From Myxococcota bacterium (GTDB lineage: Bacteria; Myxococcota_A; Polyangia; Polyangiales; Sandaracinaceae), in NCBI GenBank assembly GCA_036149055.1, contig JAYZQJ010000003.1:1-26947 (forward strand): a stretch of 26,947 bases of DNA, written 5' to 3'. Of the stretch, positions 22,633 through 26,947 are shown piece after piece (position 1 is the first letter of the stretch; the number at the start of each line of letters is the position of its first letter). The translations under genes and the position numbers were made by a program. The notes below the pieces were generated by a model, which saw only the letters and a program-made list of their open reading frames with translations, made no database searches and had not been told where the DNA came from.

Positions 22633-24015
22633 GTGACGCACCCCGCACACGCCGCTCCGCCCGCGAGCCTCGCCGTCCCGCGCCCCGGCGCGCGGATCGC
22701 GGGGCGCTACCGGGTGGACGAGATCCTCGGCGAGGGCGGCATGGGCACGGTGCTCGGCGCCTACGATCTCCACGCCGGCGCGCCGGTGGCGATCAAGTGG
22801 GTGCACCCGCGCCGTCAGGGCGACGCGCGCTCGACCGAGCGGCTGCTCCGCGAGGCGCGGCTGGCCGGGCGCGTGTCGCACCCGAACGTGGTGCGGGTGC
22901 GCGAGGTCGGGCAGGACGGCGAGGCGGTGTTCCTGGTGATGGAGCGCCTCGAGGGCCCCTCGCTCGAGGACTGGGTGCAGCGGGGACCGCACCCGCCGGC
23001 GCTCGCGATCCAGCTGCTGATGCCGGTGCTGCGCGGGGTCGAGGCCGCCCACGCGGCCGGCGTGGTGCACCGCGATCTGAAGCCGCACAACATCTTGCTC
23101 GCCGCGGATCCGGCGGGGTTGCGCCCGATCGTGATCGACTTCGGGATCTCGCGGGCGGCCGAGCCCGACGCCCCCGACGATCTGACGCTGACGCAGACCG
23201 GCATGATGGTCGGCACGCCGCTCTACATGGCCCCCGAGCAGCTCGCCGGGCTCGGCGTGGATCGTCGCTGCGACGTCTACGCCCTCGGCGTGATCCTCTA
23301 CGAGCTGATCACCGCCGGCGGCCCCTACGAGTCCGACACCTGGGGCCTGCTCGTCTCCGAGAAGCTCAACCGACCCGCCATCCCGCCGCGCGCCTATGTC
23401 CCGGCGCTCGACCCGGGGCTCGAGGCGGTCCTGATGCGCGCGCTCGAGCGCCGCCCCGACAAGCGCTTCCCGACCGCGGCCGCGCTCGCCGAGGCGCTCG
23501 AGCCCTGGGGAGAAGGAGCGCGCTTCGCGAGCGAGGAGACGCGATACCTGGGTCCCTCGGTCGACGTCGACGCGACCACCGTGAAGGTGCGCCGCGCCGT
23601 CCGACGGCCGGAGCCGAGGAGGTGGCCCTGGTTCGCGCTCGCGATCGCGGCGGGGCTCGCGCTCGGCGCCGGGGCCGCGGCGCTCGTCGCGAGGCAGCCC
23701 ACGGACGCCGCCGCCCCCGCCGCCGCCCCCGCTGCCGCCCCCGCTGCCGCTCCCGCTGCCGCTGCCGCTCCCGCTCCCGCTGCCGCTGCCGGCCCCGCCG
23801 CCGCTGCCGGCCCCGCCGCCGCTGCCGGCCCCGCTGGCGTCTCCGAGACCGAGTCCGAAGCCGAGACCGAGTCCGAAGCCGAGTCCGAAGCCGAGTCCGA
23901 ATCCGCGGCCGAAGCCGAAGCCGAGACCGGTGGGCCGCCGGAGCGCGGGGCGGCTCGGCGTCGGTGGCGTCGGGGGCGAGGGAGGACCGGGAGCTTGAGC
24001 GTGGACGAGTTCTGA
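22633..24015 (+). CDS. Hanks-type Ser/Thr protein kinase with a TM helix and low-complexity extracellular tail
   Basis: LGEGGMGTV, VAIK, HRDLKPHN, DFGIS, GTPLYMAPEQ and DVYALGVILYE motifs. TM WPWFALAIAAGLALGAGAAALV. GTG start. Confidence 0.95.
   Translation: MTHPAHAAPPASLAVPRPGARIAGRYRVDEILGEGGMGTVLGAYDLHAGAPVAIKWVHPRRQGDARSTERLLREARLAGRVSHPNVVRVREVGQDGEAVFLVMERLEGPSLEDWVQRGPHPPALAIQLLMPVLRGVEAAHAAGVVHRDLKPHNILLAADPAGLRPIVIDFGISRAAEPDAPDDLTLTQTGMMVGTPLYMAPEQLAGLGVDRRCDVYALGVILYELITAGGPYESDTWGLLVSEKLNRPAIPPRAYVPALDPGLEAVLMRALERRPDKRFPTAAALAEALEPWGEGARFASEETRYLGPSVDVDATTVKVRRAVRRPEPRRWPWFALAIAAGLALGAGAAALVARQPTDAAAPAAAPAAAPAAAPAAAAAPAPAAAAGPAAAAGPAAAAGPAGVSETESEAETESEAESEAESESAAEAEAETGGPPERGAARRRWRRGRGRTGSLSVDEF
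23706..23927. repeat. In-frame low-complexity repeats in the kinase tail (AAAP/AAAGP, then ETESEA-type)
   Basis: GCCGCC/GCTGCC-CCC units, CCGCTGCCGGCCCCG three times, and repeated GAGTCCGAAGCC. Confidence 0.8.
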
Positions 24016-24035
24016 AGCCTCGGGCCGGGCAGGAT

Positions 24036-24866
24036 ATGCTCGGGCCGGTGAGGGGCCTGCTCGTCATGGCGCTGGTGTGGCTCGCGGCGAGCGGCGTGGA
24101 GGCCCAGAGCCGGGAGTACCGGCGCAAGATCGCGCAGGCGGTCTCGGAGTTCGACGCCGGGAACTGGGCCGAGGCGAGGGCGCTCTTCACCCAGGCGCAC
24201 GCCCTCGATCCGAACGCGCGCACCCTGCGCGGGATGGGCATGTGCGCGTTCGAGATGCGGGCGTACGCCGAGGCGATCGAGACGCTGGAGGCCTCGCTGG
24301 CCGAGCGACGAAGGCCGCTCACCCGGCGACAGAGGCGATCGGTCGAGGCCTTGCTGGCCCGGGCGCGCTCCTTCATCGGCGTCTACCGCGTGCACGTCGA
24401 GCCGGCGGACGCGACCCTGACCGTCGACGACGCGGCGCCGACGCTCGAAGCGGACGGGAGCCTCGTGCTGCCCCTCGGCGAGCACGTCTTCGAGGCGCGG
24501 CGCGACGGCTACCTGACCGAGCGGCGCCGGGTGGAGGTGCGGGGCGGAGAGCAGCTCGAGGTCAGCCTCGCGCTCCAGCCGGAGCCGCCGCCGGTCGTCA
24601 CCACCGTCGGCTCGTCGATCCCGGACGGCGCGCTCGCGCTCCTGCTCGCCGGCGGCGGGGCGCTCCTGGCCGAGGCGGGGCTGATCGGCTGGCTGGTCGA
24701 CCGCCAGGGGGAGCTCGACACCTGCCTCGAGCCGCCGGAGGGCTTCGTCTGCGACAACCCGGGCCCGCTCGGGGCGCAGCGCGACGCGGCGCTCGGGATC
24801 TCGATCGGCGGCGGCGTGGTGGCGATCGGGCTCGCCACCGTCGGCATCATCTGGTGGCTGCAGTGA
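24036..24866 (+). CDS. TPR plus PEGA-domain membrane protein
   Basis: Signal peptide ending ...ASGVEA. TPR FDAGNWAEARALFTQAHALDPNARTLRGMG. PEGA VHVEPADATLTVD...LPLGEHVFEARRDGY...VEVRGGEQLEVSLAL. Two C-terminal hydrophobic helices flank a two-Cys loop. Starts 20 nt after the kinase stop. Confidence 0.85.
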   Translation: MLGPVRGLLVMALVWLAASGVEAQSREYRRKIAQAVSEFDAGNWAEARALFTQAHALDPNARTLRGMGMCAFEMRAYAEAIETLEASLAERRRPLTRRQRRSVEALLARARSFIGVYRVHVEPADATLTVDDAAPTLEADGSLVLPLGEHVFEARRDGYLTERRRVEVRGGEQLEVSLALQPEPPPVVTTVGSSIPDGALALLLAGGGALLAEAGLIGWLVDRQGELDTCLEPPEGFVCDNPGPLGAQRDAALGISIGGGVVAIGLATVGIIWWLQ

Positions 24867-25311
24867 GCGCGAGCGCCGCGCCCAGCTGGCGCGCGGTGTC
24901 GGGGCGCGCCTCCTCGAGCACGAGCGTGGCGTCGCGCGCGACCGTGCGGAGCGGGGCGGGCACGCCGAGGATCGAGCGGCCGCCCGAGATCCAGATCGCG
25001 GGCGCGTCGACGAGCGCGGCGAGCGGGGCGTGAGCGGCGACGAGCGGGCCCTCGACCTCCTCGCGGAGCGCCCGGCGCGCGGCGTCGAGGGCCAGCGGCG
25101 ACGCGCTCAGCTCCACCATCTCCGGCGTCCGGGTCAGCGTGTGCCCCGGCGCGTGGCGCAGCTCGACCCGGGCGAGCGTCCACCCCGAGGCCTGCGCGAG
25201 CAGCCGCGCGAAGCTCAGCGCGCCGCCCCCGAACACGCAGACCGCCGCGCTCCCCCAGGGGCGCCGATCGACGTGCGCCGGGAGCTCGGGTCTGGCCAGG
25301 GGCGTCTTCAC
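24847..25311 (-). CDS. Hypothetical protein (154 aa)
   Basis: GTG start 20 nt downstream of the thioredoxin stop. Protein-like composition (KTPLARPELPAHV...LVLEEARPDTARQLGAALAL) with G/C third-position bias. Its 3' end overlaps the PEGA gene by 20 nt. Confidence 0.65.
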   Translation of the reverse strand: MKTPLARPELPAHVDRRPWGSAAVCVFGGGALSFARLLAQASGWTLARVELRHAPGHTLTRTPEMVELSASPLALDAARRALREEVEGPLVAAHAPLAALVDAPAIWISGGRSILGVPAPLRTVARDATLVLEEARPDTARQLGAALALTAATR

Positions 25312-25331
25312 CGTCGTACCCGGGTGAGGTC

Positions 25332-25976
25332 TCAGTCCGGCCGCTCGACGTCGTGCCCGTCGGCTTCCCAGTGCAGGAACCCGCCGTCGAGGAACGCCGT
25401 CTCGACGCCCAGCTCGCGGAGCGCGTCCGCCGCCTCCTTGGCCTCCTCGGTGGAGCGGCCGTAGAGCACCCGGAGCCGTCCGTCGGTCGGGGCCAGCTCG
25501 CTCGCGCGGCCGTCGAGCTCGTCCTTGGGCACGTTGACCGCGGTCGGGATGCGGTAGCGGCCGTAGGAGCCGGCGTCGCGGATGTCGACCGGGACGACGC
25601 GCTTGGCCGCGATGAGCTGGGCGAGCTCGTCCGGCTTCACCTCCGCCGCGTCGGCGGGCAGGAGCGGCCGCACCATCTCGAGGATGGCCTCCTTGGGGAC
25701 GACGCCGGGCTGGCCGGTGACCACCTGGCCTTGGTGCACGACGAAGAGGGTCGGCACGGACTGGATGCGGAAGGCCGCGGCGATGTTGGGGCAGCGGTCG
25801 ACGTCGACGCTGACGACCTTCAGCTTCCCCTCGAGCTCGTTCGCGACCTCCTCGACGATCGGCGACAGCTGCTTGCACGGCTGGCACCAGTCGGCCTGGA
25901 AGTCGACCAGGACGGGGAGCTCGGAGCGCAGGACCTCCTGCTCGAAGGAGGCGTCGGTGACCGGGGTGACGGGCAT
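25332..25976 (-). CDS. Thioredoxin fused to a rhodanese-like domain lacking the catalytic Cys
   Basis: VTDASFEQEVLRSELPVLVDFQADWCQPCK and cis-Pro motif IQSVPTL. C-terminal domain VDIRDAGSYGRYRIPTAVNVP...VLYGRS...FLDGGFLHWEADG. Confidence 0.9.
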   Translation of the reverse strand: MPVTPVTDASFEQEVLRSELPVLVDFQADWCQPCKQLSPIVEEVANELEGKLKVVSVDVDRCPNIAAAFRIQSVPTLFVVHQGQVVTGQPGVVPKEAILEMVRPLLPADAAEVKPDELAQLIAAKRVVPVDIRDAGSYGRYRIPTAVNVPKDELDGRASELAPTDGRLRVLYGRSTEEAKEAADALRELGVETAFLDGGFLHWEADGHDVERPD

Positions 25977-26017
25977 CGCGCGCTTCTTAATGCCGCGCCG
26001 CGCGGCTTACAACCCCG

Positions 26018-26947
26018 TCATCGTCGCCAGCGGCGGAACGCGGGATCGCCCGGGATGCGCCCGTCCTCGACCGGCACCCGCATGACCAGCCGATCCCGGG
26101 TCCCGGGCGTCGTGTGCAGCCGGAGATCGGGGCCGATGATGACCGCCTCGGGGTGGCCGGGGACCTCGGCGAGCAGGCGCAGCGCCTCCTCGGGCCCGAG
26201 CACGAACGCGGCGGTGGAGAGGGCGTCGGCGTAGACCCCCTCGGAGGCGAGCAGGGTCACCTGCATCGTGCGCCGCGCGGGGAGGCCGGTGCCGAGGTCG
26301 ATGATGTGGTGCCAGTGCGTGCCCCCGTCGTCGACGAAGGCGTGCTCGTAGTCCCCGCTGGTCGAGATCGACCCGTCGGTCACCTCGAGGAACCCGATGT
26401 AGACGGCCGGATCCCGCGGGTGCTGGATGCCGACCCGCCACGGGCGATCGCCGCGCATGCCGTGCACCTGCACCTGGCCGCCGCCGAACATCATGTAGGC
26501 CTCGGCGCCTCCGTCGCGCAGGATCGCGCCCGCCCGGTCGAGCGCGTAGCCCTTGCCGATGCCGCCGGTGCCGATCGCCATGCCCTCGCGTCCGAGGCGC
26601 ACCGTGGAGGCGTCCTCGTCGAGCGTGATCGCCTCCCAGTCCACGAACGTCAGGCGGCGGCGCACCTCGGCCCGCGAGGGCACGCTCTCTTCGCCGGGCT
26701 GGAAGGTGTAGAGGCCGCGGAGCGCCGCCCACGAGAGGTCGAACGCCCCCTCGCTCCAGCGCGACACGTCCAGGCCCGCCTTCACGACCCGGAGGGTGTC
26801 CGGGCCGACCTCCACCGGGCGCGCGCGGCCGGCGGCGGCGTTGATCTGCGAGACCTCGCTGTCGTCCTGCCACTCGCTCAGCACGTCCTCGAGGCGCTCG
26901 ATCTCGTCGAGCGCGCGCCCGATGAGCGGCGCCGCCTGCGCCTCGGG
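26018..26947 (-). CDS. apbE: FAD:protein FMN transferase ApbE, 5' end outside the window
   Basis: SEVSQINAAAG, SEGAFDLS, GGIGKGYALD, PWRVGIQHPR, SISTSGDYE, HHIID and ADALSTAAFVLG. The frame stays open to the window edge (PEAQAAPLIGRALDEIERLEDVLSEW). Confidence 0.95.
   Translation of the reverse strand, partial: PEAQAAPLIGRALDEIERLEDVLSEWQDDSEVSQINAAAGRARPVEVGPDTLRVVKAGLDVSRWSEGAFDLSWAALRGLYTFQPGEESVPSRAEVRRRLTFVDWEAITLDEDASTVRLGREGMAIGTGGIGKGYALDRAGAILRDGGAEAYMMFGGGQVQVHGMRGDRPWRVGIQHPRDPAVYIGFLEVTDGSISTSGDYEHAFVDDGGTHWHHIIDLGTGLPARRTMQVTLLASEGVYADALSTAAFVLGPEEALRLLAEVPGHPEAVIIGPDLRLHTTPGTRDRLVMRVPVEDGRIPGDPAFRRWRR

Overview
This is a very GC-rich window (roughly 75% by eye) with gene content typical of Myxococcota, most like Polyangiales/Sandaracinaceae; the taxonomy is an inference. 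From left to right it holds: the end of a multi-hairpin tandem repeat; a TPR-GAF-AAA+-HTH sigma54 enhancer-binding protein (-); a 2xLysM plus M15/DUF882-type peptidase (-); an AT-rich palindromic promoter region; an XRE-HTH gene followed by the type IV pilus operon pilMNOPQ (+); an aroK-aroB fusion and a Cys-rich lipoprotein (+); a 2295-aa TPR-type scaffold with a long acidic microsatellite-encoded tract (-); about 700 bp of intergenic inverted/tandem REP-like repeats; a zinc-ribbon/GYF/TM/TPR protein (-); a divergent Ser/Thr kinase and TPR-PEGA membrane protein (+); then a hypothetical gene, a thioredoxin-rhodanese fusion and a 5'-truncated apbE (-). No rRNA, tRNA, CRISPR array or transposase was recognised. 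Most of the window is core chromosome. The best leads are a 52-bp repeat family whose terminal hairpin shows compensatory changes, a strong intrinsic terminator inside pilMNOPQ, a candidate operator for the XRE protein heading the pilus operon, and a possible GltJ/GltI-like motility scaffold pair next to the pilus genes. All domain calls are from motif recognition by eye, not from database searches.
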